Source: Rhizophagus irregularis
Taxonomy: Eukaryota
Direction of reading: 5' to 3'
Assembly: GCF_026210795.1 (NCBI RefSeq)
Contig: NC_089434.1
Coordinates: 2,976,001 to 3,040,000, forward strand
Length of the DNA stretch: 64,000 nucleotides
Shown: piece by piece, positions 12,720 to 27,005 of the stretch
Numbering within the stretch: the first letter of the stretch is position 1
Layout of the letters: each line of letters starts with the position of its first letter
Program-made: the position numbers and the translations under genes
Notes under the pieces: generated by a model
What the model was told of the DNA's origin: nothing
Databases searched by the model: none
The model's input: only the letters and a program-made list of their open reading frames with translations

Positions 12720-14464
12720 ATGAGCGCAAGGCTAGTATCTTCCCTAAATTTACGTCCAAGCACCCGAACCAAATTACAAAAAGCCGGCTTTCAAACAGTT
12801 AAAGACTTGCAAGAAACTACTCCAATAGAATTGAGTAAAGGTATCAAGAATTTGTTTTCATTCGTAATTGAACATAAATCACATAATATTGACATTAAAT
12901 TATTTATAAAAGAAATCGGGATATCAAACAATGAAGCATTAAATATATTACAACAAATTAAAAAAAGTACTATCATTAACACGTATTTATTGTATTGGCA
13001 AGTTAAACTAAAGAAATTGAATTATTAAATTATAGATAAAGTTACATCAATATCTGCTTCAGAAGCACTACAACAAGAACGTAAACTATGTCCCATATCT
13101 ACTTCATGTGAAGCCATGGACCAAATGCTTGGTGGGCGGGGAGTTCCCGTAGGGAAAATAACTGAATTTTGTGGTGCTCCTGGTATGGGTAAAACACAAC
13201 TAGGGTAAATTATCTAATTATATGTACGATCTTGAATACAAAATATTTCATTTAAATGCTTGGTAAATTCTAGGATGCAACTATGCGTTAATGTCCAAAT
13301 ACCACAAAATTTATCTGGTCCGGAAGGCGAAGCGATATTTATAGGTATGCAAAGAAGATTATTAATCGTTCTATATGGTTAAATATTTTGCTCTCTTTTT
13401 TTTCCCTTAGATACGGAAGGTAGTTTTATCGCTCAGCGTGCTGCTGAAATCGCAAGAGCTACGATAAATAAACTAAACGAAAATAGTGTGACTGAATGTG
13501 GTAAGATCACGTGATAAAGTGAACTTGATATTCCGTTGCTTCTTACAAGAGTTATTTTCTTAATAGATCCACCCATGAATTTCGATATCGTTATGTCAAA
13601 AATTTACGTGTCTAAAGTTCATAATTGTGATGAGTTAATCGCACTTATAAAAGTTCTAGACGAATTTTTACAGGAACATCCACGAGTATTTATAATCTTT
13701 ATATATTGTTAATTACAATAATTAAATATTAAAATTAAAAATTAAGAACGTGTTTATTTCAGGTAAAACTTCTTGTTATTGATTCGATTGCATTTCATTT
13801 TCGTCAACAATTCGATGATATGGCGCTTCGAACGCGGCTGTTAAACGGATTAGCTCAGGATTTGAATAAATTTGCTCAATCATATGAGCTCGCAGTACGT
13901 ACGTTCTATTCCTTAAGAAAATGTTTTAATTAACTAATAAACATGACCATCGTCTGGTTTAGGTTGTTTTATTTAATCAAATGACTACTAAATTTATAAT
14001 ATCTGGAAAATATAATCTCAAAGATCAGGCTGCTTTAGTCCCCGCATTAGGTAAAAAAATGTAATCGAGATTATAGCCAAAAGAGATGCTAAAGCTTGAA
14101 ATTTATTTGTAATGTTTATACAGGTGAAAGTTGGGGTCATCAATGTACAAATCGTATAGTACTTTATTGGCGCAATGAAATTCGGTAAGACTTGTTTAAA
14201 AAATTATATTTTGTATTACTATGTTTATAATTTACTTGATATGAAATAGTTGTGCACAACTTGTCAAGTCTCCGAGCTTACAAGAAACTACCGTACATTA
14301 TCAAATTAATGTAAGCTAGATTTATCATTTATCATTTTAAAAAAAATTATATTATTGACTGACAAGCGAATTTGTATCAAAATAATTAGTCGACCGGTGT
14401 TCGTGATTATCAAGCAGACTCTCTTAACAGCAAAAGAAGATGGGAAGAATTATATGATATTTGA
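12720..14464 (+). CDS. RAD51C: RAD51 paralog, RAD51C-like recombinase
   Basis: Walker [32 protein letters not shown], Walker [24 protein letters not shown]. Confidence 0.9.
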
Positions 14465-14854
14465 TATAAATAGCAATTATAAAATATTTGTCAATATAAT
14501 TAATACATACATACATGAGTTCGTTCCAAGTAAAATTTTACTTATTCTTGATTAACCAGAAAATTTACGCAGTTACTGAAAGTTTATTAGTTTAAAGTAA
14601 TTTAATATATTGTTAGTATAAATTACAATACAGTAATATCTGATAAAAAATTTTTTAAATAATCATGTGATCCATCAGCCTTATTATCCTCAATTACGTC
14701 ATCAAGGGGGCAAAATTCAGGACCCCATTTTTCTGTTTCATTGTAGTAGAGTTTTCTTGGGACGAATTAAGAAACCTTTACTTCATTATATAAAGACAAG
14801 CTAAATCCTTTATACGATGGCAAATATACACCATAAAGAACTTTTGTCATTACA

Positions 14855-15615
14855 ATGAGCATGAGCGATCGTGAAACTACAATTGGTAATGGTGGCGTGG
14901 AGGACGAGTTATCACTTCCAAAAGGTATTTATTTGTTATTACAGTCTATTTTTTTTTAAAAACCTTTAATGAATATTATACACTTTTTTTTTATTATTAT
15001 TTTTATAAAGCGACTGTCACTAAGCTCATTACAGAAATGTTACCATCCGACATTGCTTGTGCAAAAGATACCCGCGATTTATTAATAGACTGTTGTGTTG
15101 GTAAGTAGATTAAATAAGGATCTATCTCATCGTCTTTGTCAGTTTAATATTTATAATAAAATATGTCAATACTCTACCAGAATTTATTCATCTAATCGCT
15201 TCTGAAGCAAACGAGATTTGTGAGAAAGAAGCTAAAAAAACTATAGCTGCGGAACATGTCATTACTGCGCTTCAAGTATGAAAGTATTTTGTCTCCAAAA
15301 TTTACCTTGTACATTATTAATTAATTAAACTTTCTTAATCAGACTTTAGGTTTTGAAAATTATTTATCTGAAGTACAAGAAGTTTTCAAAGAACATAAAA
15401 AATTGCAGAAGGTAAAGAAATTGATTCCCATTCTTAATCTATTAAATGGATTTTAAGAAAAAACTAATCAATTACTTTATTGTGTATATTAGGATCGTGA
15501 TAAGAAAAGCTCAAGATTAGAAAATTCAGGTATGACAGAAGAGGAATTATTGAAACAACAAGAACAGTTGTTTGCACAATCTCGTCTCAAATATCAAGCA
15601 CAACAACAATCGTGA
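14855..15615 (+). CDS. NCB2: Negative cofactor 2 beta subunit (Dr1/Ncb2, histone fold)
   Basis: Spliced: EDELSLPKATVTKLITEMLP...CCVEFIHLIASEANEICEKEAKKTIAAEHV...SGMTEEELLKQQEQLFAQSR; absent from the ORF track because exons are short. Confidence 0.95.
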
Positions 15616-16181
15616 ATGGGTATTAATATAAAATGATGCTTTAGTATCTAGTAAATTTTGCTTCTTTTATGGATATTTCTATTTTCACAGTTATTTTCGA
15701 AACATTGATTTGTAATAAATACCAGAGAATATAATAAATTTAATAAATTTTATTATGCTTTTTTTTGCTTTCTCTTTGCAAGAACGCCATGACGTAAAAC
15801 TCAATATTTTATTCGATAGTTGAAGTGACAAGTTCTTTCTATACTTGCAATTGTAAATAAACGTTCGTTTCGTACATATTGATTTAATAATAATATTAGT
15901 AAAGCTTTCAATTTAACCAAAAAAAAATAATAGAGTAATTTAAGTAGTTAATGGATTGTATGACAATTTAACTAAAATCAACCAAAATTTGGCTGAAACT
16001 ATAAACTGATTTGTACTCAATTTTTAAAAATTAAGCTTGTTTTCTTAAATTTAGGGAGTAATTGTTTTCGAACTTTAATTTGTAATTTCGACCCGAAAGA
16101 GAAATATAATTTTCTTTTTTGGTTCATTTAAATTAAATAAAATTATCTATCTTTCGTTAAGAAATTATTTATTGAAAGAAT

Positions 16182-18722
16182 ATGAATAATCAGGCGCGGG
16201 CATCGCGTCACGCGTCTGGTATTTTACCATCAAAGCAGTTTTTTGCACCAAGAAAACCAATAACACATAGTGCTTCGTTACGAAGGAAATCTTCTGTCGT
16301 TGGTAATTCACCAAATACACCACCTTCGCCTGGATCAACATTTACTTCCGCAATAGGCTCACAACTTTTAAATATTCCATCTGAAGAAGAAGTTTCTCTT
16401 TTACATCAGCCTTCTTCACTCGCCCTTACAACCCTTTCATCACACTCTCCTTCCATCATCAATAACCCTTCACTTGACCAATCGGTTAATACTATTTTTA
16501 ATTCAGATGTCTCTATCATTAATCGAAATTCTACACCAGTTAGACCTCCAAGTGCTTTGCTTTTAAGACGTCAACAACGTCAAAGCGGTGAAGGTGGAAG
16601 TACAGAATTATCTCAAGCTGTTATTGATTCTGTTATGGAACCTATTAATCCTGCACCAGTTTTAGAACCCTCATCATATAGACAATTAATGCGTCAAGCT
16701 ACAATCAATGCTGGTTCAGATTTATCATCAAAGGATTTTGCAGCTGCTACCGCTTATTCTAGACATTCTGATGTTTCTCCTAATACACCTACCTCTAACA
16801 CTAAACTTACTATGATGTCATCAAAGAAATTTAACCCCTCTTCTCCAACAAAACAGTCTAATTTTAATCCTTATGCATTAATCAAAATGCCTCGTATTAT
16901 ATCATCTCATTCAATATCTTCAACTGATTATAAGGGGCAAAAACGTTTATATCAAGTATGGCCTGGAAGAAATCGTTTTTTTTTAGGCGGTAGGATAATG
17001 ACCAGTAGAGATTTTCCTGCTTTTTTGGTTGCTTTTTCTGCTCTTGTAGTTCCATCAGGATTATTTATGGGATTTACGTAAGTTTAAAAAGGCTCATTAG
17101 GTTAAACATAATGTGTTTCTGTATCTTTTTCTAATCAATTTATTATAAAAATTTAGTTGTCCATTTCTTTTTAAAAATGTATCGCCGGCGGTGGTGTTTA
17201 TATTTGTTTATTTATTTTTGTTAGCTGTGACTAGCATGCTCAGAACTTCATGGTCTGATCCAGGAGTAAGTTTCATTATTTTTAATCTATTGCATTCTCA
17301 AATTATTTGTCAGTTTTTATTAACAACAATTTAGTAAATTTATTTGACATAATGGAATAATTTTCTGCTACAGATTATTCCAAGAGACTTGGATCCATCT
17401 CCCCCAACAGAATATATAGAGGATCAAAATGCACAAAATAATACAAACTTTGCTTATGAACAAGCTCGTAGTATTCCACTTCCAAAAGAAGTTAAAATCA
17501 ATGGGCAACCAGTTAGATTAAAATATTGTGAAACATGTAAAATATATAGACCACCTAGATGTAGTCATTGTAGACAATGTGACAATTGCGTAGGTAAGAA
17601 TCTTTAAACCTTATTTTTTATATTTACTATTTATTTACAGAATAACTTTTTATTTTTATTATCTAGAAAATGAAGATCATCATTGTATTTGGCTAAATAA
17701 TTGTATAGGACGACGAAATTATAGGACGTTTTTCACATTCATAGCAACAGCCACTATTATATGCGTTTATGTCCTAGGATTTTGTCTGGTACATTTATTA
17801 CTCCTTATGAAACAACAAAAATCACACAATTTTTTTCATGCGATCATGGGAGCACCTGTTAGATATCCTTTTATCATTTCATATTTAAAATCTCATTTTT
17901 TATCAAATAATTATAATTCTCCTTAACTAATTGAAAACTTTTCTGTTAGTTGTGTTATCTTTTTTCCTTATGTGGTCTGTGGGTGGATTAACAGGATATC
18001 ATATGTATTTAATAAGTAATAATTTGACTACGCATGAACAAGTAAATCATTCAGTATTTTTTTTTTATTGATAATAATAATTAATAAATAATAATTATGC
18101 ATATTAATTTTTTTTTTAAGATACGTGTTCCTATGGCAAGAAGGAATGGTAACAGAAATCCATTTGATTTTAGAAATATATATAAGAATTGTCTTTGGGT
18201 TCTTTGTAGACCTATGTCACGAAGGTTAGTAGTTTTTTTTTTTCATAATATCATATTAATTAAATAAGACATGTCACTTATATTAATAATATTTAATTAA
18301 AATTTGATTAAATTTATAGTTTTGTTAGTAGACGTGCCTATGTTGATAATGAAAATTTGCGAGATGAGATTGGTGGTGTTGGCGCTTCATCAGCACTTCC
18401 AGGCAACACTTTCAATGAGGGTGTTAGAAGTACGGTTATAGCAGGTGAAGTTAATACGAGTGAAATAGACAATAATACACTTGGTGAAGGTGATATAAGA
18501 GTAGACATAAAACAAGAAGTTATTACCTATAATAATGGCGATGATTTAAATGAGCTGCAACCACAACAAAATGAAAATAATAAAATTAAAGTGAATGCAG
18601 AGCAAGTATCATCGTTTTTCAAACCACCTGTTCAATCCATTGAAGTTGATGAAAATAATTCTGTACCAATTGAAAAAGAACAAACTAAAGAATTACAAAC
18701 AGGATCGATAATTTCAACTTAA
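16182..18722 (+). CDS. DHHC palmitoyltransferase, Erf2/ZDHHC9-14-18 family
   Basis: [75 protein letters not shown]. Confidence 0.95.
17863..17938 (+). other. U12-type (minor spliceosome) AT-AC intron in the DHHC gene
   Basis: 5' ATATCCTTT, branch site TCCTTAAC at ~17920-17927, 3' AC; removal restores [25 protein letters not shown]. Confidence 0.93.
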
Positions 18723-19148
18723 CAAAATAATAATTAAATAGCAACTTTTTTAATAATAATTTTTCTCCCATATTTATTTATTTTTTCTTTCCTAATTTAT
18801 TAATTTTGGTGAGAGGTTTTTTATTTGTAATAAAAATTATACTGTGCGTGAATAATATTATATTAAAGTAAAATAAGTAATGTATTTTTTAAAATCATTC
18901 TATTTATTACTCTTTTAAAAGATATAACTCGTTTTTGTAAAAAAACAAATTTTTACATATAACATATATTTAAAATACCGTAAAATTATAATAGACAGTA
19001 AAGAAAAACGAAAAAGAATAAATGCCAACTAGCATATCAAATACTATTATACTAGTTAAATAAATACGCAAAATGCTAAAATAAAATAAAAAGGTAGTAA
19101 AATAGTTGAAAAATGAAAAATATTAAAATAATTATGCAAGTATATTTG

Positions 19149-21009
19149 TTATCCGTTCATAAATCTAATGACCATTACACTCAAATTATCGGTACTAAAA
19201 TTTGCTAAAGCATGTTCAATCAACTTCGCACTCGCTATTTGTGGATCCTTAATGTCTTTGATAAGGTCTACAGCATTTTGATCATCACAAACATCCCATA
19301 ACTAATATATACAAAAGATATAAATAAAATGCTAAAAATATTTAAAAATAAATATAAATAAGTATAAAATATACTTACCCCATCACATGCCAATATCAAA
19401 AATGGATCATTTTCAGTCAACTCAGTTTCTGCAGTATATGGACTACCAACAACAAATTCTTTCATTGAACTATCTCCCAGTGAACGCGTAACTGCCAATA
19501 CACCTTCACGAAAATTTGTTAAATTATGGATCATAAAAAAAAAAATGATACTATTCACTACAGAAATTATTTCAATAAATACCGTTGACACGATTATTCA
19601 TGACGAATCCACCAGCATCTACGATTCTCTTTGCTTCTTGTGCATCACTTCCTTTATGATCATATGATAATCTAATCGCTAATCCGTTACGACTAATTAA
19701 ATAAAATGAATTCATTAAGATTTAAATATCGAACTAAATATTTAATATTTTTGACTTTAATTTTACCTCAGAACAGCACGAGCATCTCCAACATTTGCAG
19801 TATATAATACTCGCTAATTTATTTACAATTAATAATTAGCTTTAACAAATAATAAAAAATATGATACAATCATTATTAACATACCTTCTGTTTACTTTTT
19901 ATATTTGCACCATTGCTAACAGGTTCCTTACCATTGGCAGGTTCACCTTCCGATATCTCTTCGGTTCTCAAGAAAGCAACAATAGCCGTACATCCAGAAT
20001 GTTTACCTGCATTCTGATTGAGTTGCTTATCTGCTCGCAGAAAAGACAAATGAAAAATTTCTGGAATTGGGAGATTCTTATTTTCCTGAAGAACTTCTTG
20101 AAAAGTCTACGTAAATATGCGCATTTTTTTAAAAAGAGGAGAAAAGAACAATAAGAAACATGTTAAAGAGCAATTACTTCTATAAATCAATTTTGTTATG
20201 TACGCCTTACGTTATCTCTTGTGGAACTATCATACCCCAGTTATAAAAATTCACATAATCAAATTTCTTTTTTTTTTATTGGGATGTTCTTTACCTCATG
20301 AAAATGATTCCCACACCATTCAGCTGCTTGTTTTCCCGCATGGCCATCGAAAACAGCAAAGAACCCCTGACCTTCAATTCCCGCAAAATCATAGAAAAAC
20401 GAATGAGCATCCTATAAAAAAGAAATTTAGCGAGGGAATGGCATAAGATCATATTTAATTGAGATAATGACAAGGGTCCCTGCTTTAGAAAAACTTTGAT
20501 CAAAAAAGATGTAAAAAAGATTCTGTCTTCGGTGATTGTGGTAGTATAATGTATTATCTCTAATTAACACGAAAATTTTCATTTACCTCCATTGTTCTTC
20601 TATATCGCTTGTTACGATCTTCACTAACACCAACATTAAAATATGAAAATTCACTTTTTTTATTTGATACTATCGAACTTTGTTGCTGATTAAGAGAACT
20701 AGGTGCATTTGCATTAGAATTGGAATCTTTTTCTTCACTTTTTCCGTCAATATTATTACTACTATTAGTAGTGTTAAAAGAACCAACTGGTTTAGTTGAC
20801 TTTTCTTTAGAAGTTAAGGGTACTGAAGAAACAGACACCTCTACACTACTATCATTTGGTGAAACAGTATCTTCAGAATTCTTTTGAATAGGAGTTGAAA
20901 TGTTGTTTGAATCGTCTTTAGGCTCAATTTTAATTTTAACGTTTAGATCAGGTGTTGAAAGTTCTTTTGTAGTCTTTGAAGATGGTGTAGATGGAGAAAT
21001 CGAGGACAT
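19149..21009 (-). CDS. Protein phosphatase 2C, Ptc1-like
   Basis: [69 protein letters not shown]. Confidence 0.95.
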
Positions 21010-21544
21010 TTTTCTTTTTTTCTTGCTTTAATTATTTTGTTTAAACTACAAACCGATCTTTTACTATGTTAAATAAAATCTTTTAAAATACTTGACAAAA
21101 AAAAAATATATATATATAATAATAATAATAAAATACAATACGATAAGAATAAAAATAAATATACAATCAAAAAGCTAAAAAAGGTTTTTATTTTAATATC
21201 ATTTAATTTTTTTTATTGTAAGTTCAATAATACTTATATCTTTAATACAATGTTTCAATACTAAATTTTTTTTTTACTAAAAAAAACTAAGAAAAAAAAA
21301 ACTACCCGCCAAACGAATGATATAAATCTTTGCAAAAGGGTCCAACCCTTCTAAGTTTCATATAATATACAATTAAGCTGTACAAAAAAAATTGCATTAC
21401 ATATCAACCTTTCCAAATAAAGTTAATAGAATTTTTCCTTGTGCGTTTATTTGCATTTTTGTACTACATTCATTGGATATTTCAATATAACAATTAGTCG
21501 TGTGGCTTGTTAAAGGTACCATTTTTTATGTTGATACCGGGGAA

Positions 21545-23831
21545 ATGAAAGAAGAAAAATCTTCCGAATTACCCACGTACAGTCACACTTGGGTAATTAA
21601 TTTTACACGTAATCCACTTAGCCACAATAAGACAACTGATTTTTTTTTTTTTAGACTTCAACTCAACGTTTTGATTTAGCGGCATTATGTGTTTATGTTG
21701 TGACTGATAGTTCATGGTCAAATAATGATGCTGAAAAAGCTTGGAAACAAAGTTTTTTAGCTAATATTTTTCGTCAGTTGGCAGTTGATGATAAAAAAGG
21801 TATTATTATCACTTATCATCATAAATAATTATTTTAATATATTATATCCATAAATTAAAAAAATTTATTCATAATTATGATAGCAGAACAAGATGTTTTA
21901 TTAAGGATGCCAGGAGAGACAGGAAACGTTTCAATAGCAATTGATTTACTTTCATCATCCTTTAAAAGTTTAAACAATGATGAAAAAAAAATCGACATTT
22001 GTGAAGAAGTTATATCTGATATGATTATAATTTGCCTCGGATTATCACCATCAAATTTGGAAAAGGTTGATAAGCAATTAAAAGCAAATGATAATTCTAA
22101 AGAAAGTTCTTTCAAGGAAAAGTTAGATAATGTAATATCAAATACGATTGGTTCCACTGATTCACCGCCGATTATGCCAGCAGAATATGATTCTAGAGCA
22201 AGAGCGATCTTATTTAAACTTGCTTCTCATTTAAATATTTCTCCATACAAAATAAGATCAACAGAAAAAGCTGTGGCACAACATCTATATCTCTTGCGGC
22301 AACAAGCGGAAACTGGAAAAAATGACCAAGATCATGAAATTCAAGGATTGCACACTAGCGCAAATGAAAGCTTAAATGAACGTGAAAAACGAAAGAAAAA
22401 ATGGAGATGGATGGCTACTGGGGTTGGTGTAGTTGTTGGTGCTACAGCGATCGGCTTAACAGGCGGATTAGGTAAACAATTTAACTATTATTTTTGTTTG
22501 AATTAAAATTTTTTTATTAATAATAACAAATTCGTGTATTGTCAAAGAAAGCTGCTCCATTTGTAGCTGCTGGTATAAGTGCAATAACTGGGGCAGGTAT
22601 CATAGTTACTGCTGCGTCTAGTGCTGCTTTAATGGGTTCTTTATTTGGAATTGCAGGAGGAGGACTTGCTGGTAATGCTTTACGCTATATATATTATATT
22701 ATATTATGAAAAAAAAAATACTGAGTGATCATATTTATTTATGTAGGTTACAAAATGCACAAGATAACTCAAGGTCTTAAAGAATTTTCTTTTACTAGAG
22801 TTTTACAAGATGATTCGCTTCCTTTAATCCCTTCTCTTCATGTTAGTATTTTCCAAAAATATATATTTATATATTTTTATCTTTCGAGTATTATATGAAT
22901 ATTTTTTTTTAATTCATAGGTGAATATTGTTATTTCCGGATATCTTTTGAAAAATGATGATGAAATAATAAATCCTTGGCTTCCAACTTTTCAAAATAGT
23001 GCAAATTATAGTGACACATTTGCATTGTCATTTGATAAAGAAATACTTCGATCACTCGGACTTGCATTTCGAAGATTTTTGGCAGAATCGGCTGTTAAAG
23101 TAGTAGCAAATTCAGCTATCCAACAAACAGTATTTGCTGCTATAGCAAATGCTTTATTATTGCCAACCGTTTTAATGAAAGCAGTAGATATGATAGACAA
23201 TCCATGGGCTTTAGGTGCGGATCGTGCTCAAAAAGCTGGGTTAGTTTTGGCGGATGTTTTAATACAAAGAGTTCAAGGAAAAAGGCCAACCGTTTTGGTA
23301 ATTACAATTATATATACAATTAAATTTTTTGATTTAAAATATATATATATTTAAAAATATATATATATATATATGTTTTTCTAGATTGGATATTCACTTG
23401 GAGCTTTAGTTATTTGGCATTGTTTACTTGAATTAGCAAAAAAACAACAATATGGATTAATTGATACAGGTAAGAATAAATTTTAAAAGTTTTACTATAT
23501 TTTAATATAAAATAACTTAACAAATATATTATATGAAATAATAATTTTAGTTATTTTAATTGGAGCACCTATTACATCTACACAAACTTCTAAATGGAAG
23601 AATGCTATAAGTGTAGTTAGCCGTAGATTTGTTAATGCATATGCAACAAATGATATTGTACTTGGGTTAATATATAGAATGCATTCGTTAGATTTAAACG
23701 TTGCAGGATTGCGCGCTGTAAATTTTGATAAAGTTGAAAATTATGATATTACTAAATTTACTTCAGGACATTTAGGATATTGTGACCCTGAAACTCTTTC
23801 GAAAATTCTTAAAGAAATTGAATTATATTAA
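21545..23831 (+). CDS. TMCO4/Mil1-like DUF726 alpha/beta-hydrolase membrane protein
   Basis: YDSRAR, GATAIGLTGGLAAP, IDNPWALGADRAQKAGLVLADVL, GKRPTVLIGYSLGA (GxSxG), VAGL, GHLGY. Confidence 0.88.
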
Positions 23832-24105
23832 TTATATTAGGAAATGATTTTTTTTTTATTGAACATTGATCATTTTTTTATTATATTTTATTTTATCTAT
23901 TACTAATTTAATTAATATATAGGAAGGATTTATTTTTTTTAATCATATTATGAATTAGTAATTGTAATTAATATTTATATATATATGTATATTTATATAA
24001 TAATAATAAAAATAAAAAAAAAAATTTAATAATGATCCAAAAAATTTTTTTATTCTTATTACATAATTTTTAGTTGGGATATTTGATGAATTATAATCAC
24101 TATTA

Positions 24106-26308
24106 TTATTTGTCTTTTATTGAAGGTTCTTCAGTTTTAACTTTAGGCGTTACATCATATTTGTCCGGAAATGAATTGAATGTGGGTGTTACTAGCTTAG
24201 ACGGTGTTACTAACGCTGATAATTTTTTTAAAAAAATTAAACCGGATTAAAAGTTTTGCACAATTTTAAATAATGTTATAATAATGTTTTAATCAATACA
24301 TACCCCTATTCCTTGGTGATGCAGCATAAGAAGCTCTTAATTGGACATCAACACCAACTGATTTTGGTAAATTCGACTTGCGCAGTAATTTTCTTGCAGC
24401 TGGTGATAAATATGAAGCACGTTCCCTTGGACTAGCTATTCTTTTTTTATAAAAAAAAAGAAAGAGAAAAAATAAAAATTAGTGAGAAACTTTAAAATGA
24501 TAATAAAAAAAAACAAATTAATTTCTTATATATATTATATACTTTGACGTTGGACTTTGAGTAACGTATGGATTTGGCGATTTCATAGATAGATTTCGTT
24601 TGCGTATATTACGTGAGGCATTATTTGAAAGATTCATTCCAATAATTTCTCTGCGTTGTGTAGGTGGTAATTGAAAAGAACGTCCTAAAACATTATAATC
24701 AAAATAAAATTTAATATTCAACTTTCGCGGGAAATAAAATATGTAATTTTTTTTATAATTTACTACTTCTATTCAATAAGAAATTACCATAAATCTACTA
24801 AAAGCTATTACATTATTCCACTCGGCACCTATATGCATGGCCGGTGAATTTTTTTTTTTTAAAGCTCAACCAAGAAATTGAAAAAAAGTATCCTCGAAAA
24901 TATGCTAAAAAAATAAAATTACATACCTGGTGTTTCTCCCCCAATCAACAACGGAGTACCCTCTATCATACCCCAAGTCATTAGTTCTGAACTGTCAATT
25001 TGTGAAGGGTTTGGGGAAGGTGTAGCAGTTACAAAACTGTAACCGCCAACTGTGGGAGTTTCAGACGCATTACTGCTACCTACAACAAAAACCAAAAAGA
25101 TGGTATTCATTAAATATCCACTATTAAAGATCAACTAAAATGATTTTAAAGAAACAAACGTACTATCCAAATCGATACCACTAGCAGCAGCTGCTGCTGC
25201 AGTCGCTGCCGCATGATTTGCTATTGTCTATAAGACATAAATAAGTAAATAAAAGGATTATAAAATGAAAAGAAAAAATGAAAAAAAAATGAAAAAAATT
25301 ACCGCTTCTTCAGCAGACTCAAACCTTGTGGCACTATGAACGATTTTTTTAGGAGCACATCGTGTATTTTCCTCAACAGTTCCTTTATCATGGCCTTCGG
25401 GATAAAACATAAGAGAGTTGCGAACCTTCAAATTTCATGTAAAAAAACATTAGATTAAAAAAAGGAGGTAATATAAAAAAAAAAGCGAGACTAATTAAAT
25501 AAAATTACCTTATATTTCCATGACGCAATTCCGGCAATTCTAGGCTGATCAGGTCCTTCAATCAATTTTATCTCACCCTTATTATCCTCTTGATCTTCTT
25601 TTTCATACATCCACTTATGTTTCTCCCTTTGTTGTTCACTAGCTTTTTTCATTAATTCTGAAAAGGTACGGTCAATTTTGGTTAAGGAATAAAAAAGGAA
25701 GATCTAAATCACTGGATTAAATTTATTATAATACTCAAATTAACTTAAAATGATATAAAATAAAAAAGATGCAAATAATAATATATTGCAAGGATATGAA
25801 GCATTATCTTCGCTAGTGTACTTTGATTGAAATGAATCTAAGGACATATTAATATTATATTTTTTCGGTAATGGCTTTTTAAATTCACCAGATCTACTAC
25901 TAGTTGATATTGGTGTATCCCATTCTCCATGTATCCCAATTACAGTTGACGGCGTTTGAACTAAATAATAAAGCAAGAATTTATTGTTAAGTCAACAATA
26001 AAATGGAATCTTTAAGGGGATCAAACAGAAACTTTACCAGGTGTTTTCAATGTAGGAGTCGTTAACTCGGTTAATTTACGAGTAGCTTCCTTAATAAGTT
26101 CAGGATTATTTGTATTCCAAGCATCTACATAATCATTTTGCGCCTCAAGAGTTAAAAGGGAAGGAAAGAAATCCCTCTTTATGATTTCACTTAAAGCTTC
26201 CGTATATGAATCTTCATCTAAAATTTCTTGTTTTGGTTTTGAAGAAATTTTTTCTTGATCATCTGATATGTGAATAAGTTCTTTATTTGTTGTTTGACTT
26301 TCTTCCAT
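24106..26308 (-). CDS. ESS2: Splicing factor ESS2/DGCR14
   Basis: ILDEDSYTEALSEIIKRDFFP, SLDSFQSKYTSEDNASF, WKYKVRNSLMFYP, VGGYSFV, MTWGMIEGTPL, LSPAARKL; exact 3' end less certain. Confidence 0.92.
25666..25797 (-). other. U12-type AT-AC intron in ESS2
   Basis: Minus strand 5' ATATCCTTG, branch site TTCCTTAAC about 15 nt from the 3' AC; removal gives TSEDNAS-FSELMKKASEQQREKHKWMY. Confidence 0.93.
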
Positions 26309-27005
26309 TTTGATAGATCAATATAAAAACGAGAAAATAAATAAATTGTTAAGGAACAAAATTTTTAAATTTAAATATTTCCGATCAATGAACTAAATTT
26401 GTGTGATCTGATCCGTGATTGCCTATCAAAATTCAAAAAACTTCCGATGTGCACATTATGCATTACAACATTAGCACATTAATTACAACAATTAGCATTA
26501 GCATGAACGGTTTATAATTTTCGAATGAATTGATTCTTTTATTTCATAAAGAATTGTTTTAATTAAAGCCGAATAACATAATAATGATATAGCATAGACT
26601 GTATAGTAATAAATCCAGCTAAATTTGGCCATTTTTTACTACGTTTTACAAATTTAACATTTCTTAATCATAGGACAATAAATATTGGTTTAGGATATGG
26701 GTTTAAGAAAATGCTTTGCAGTTCCTTATCCAATAACTGTGTTATTATGACATTATGACAATAAACTATTTTTACTTTTTTTTTTTATTTAGATTAATAT
26801 CTAATTATCTAATTATCTATTGAGATATTTAATCTAGATGACGTAATGCGTCAAAAATATCAATAATATTTACGGCTTAATACCAGTACGTTATGTTATT
26901 CATTAAACAATAGATACCGGAGTAAACTATGAAAGATCTCAGTAATAATAACATTAATCAAAAATGTAGTTAATAGTTATAAGGATTGTTCATTACATTA
27001 AGAAA

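Noticed and set aside
20107..20587. snoRNAs in the two long PP2C introns
   Set aside because: Some pairing potential, but I could not find convincing boxes or rRNA guides
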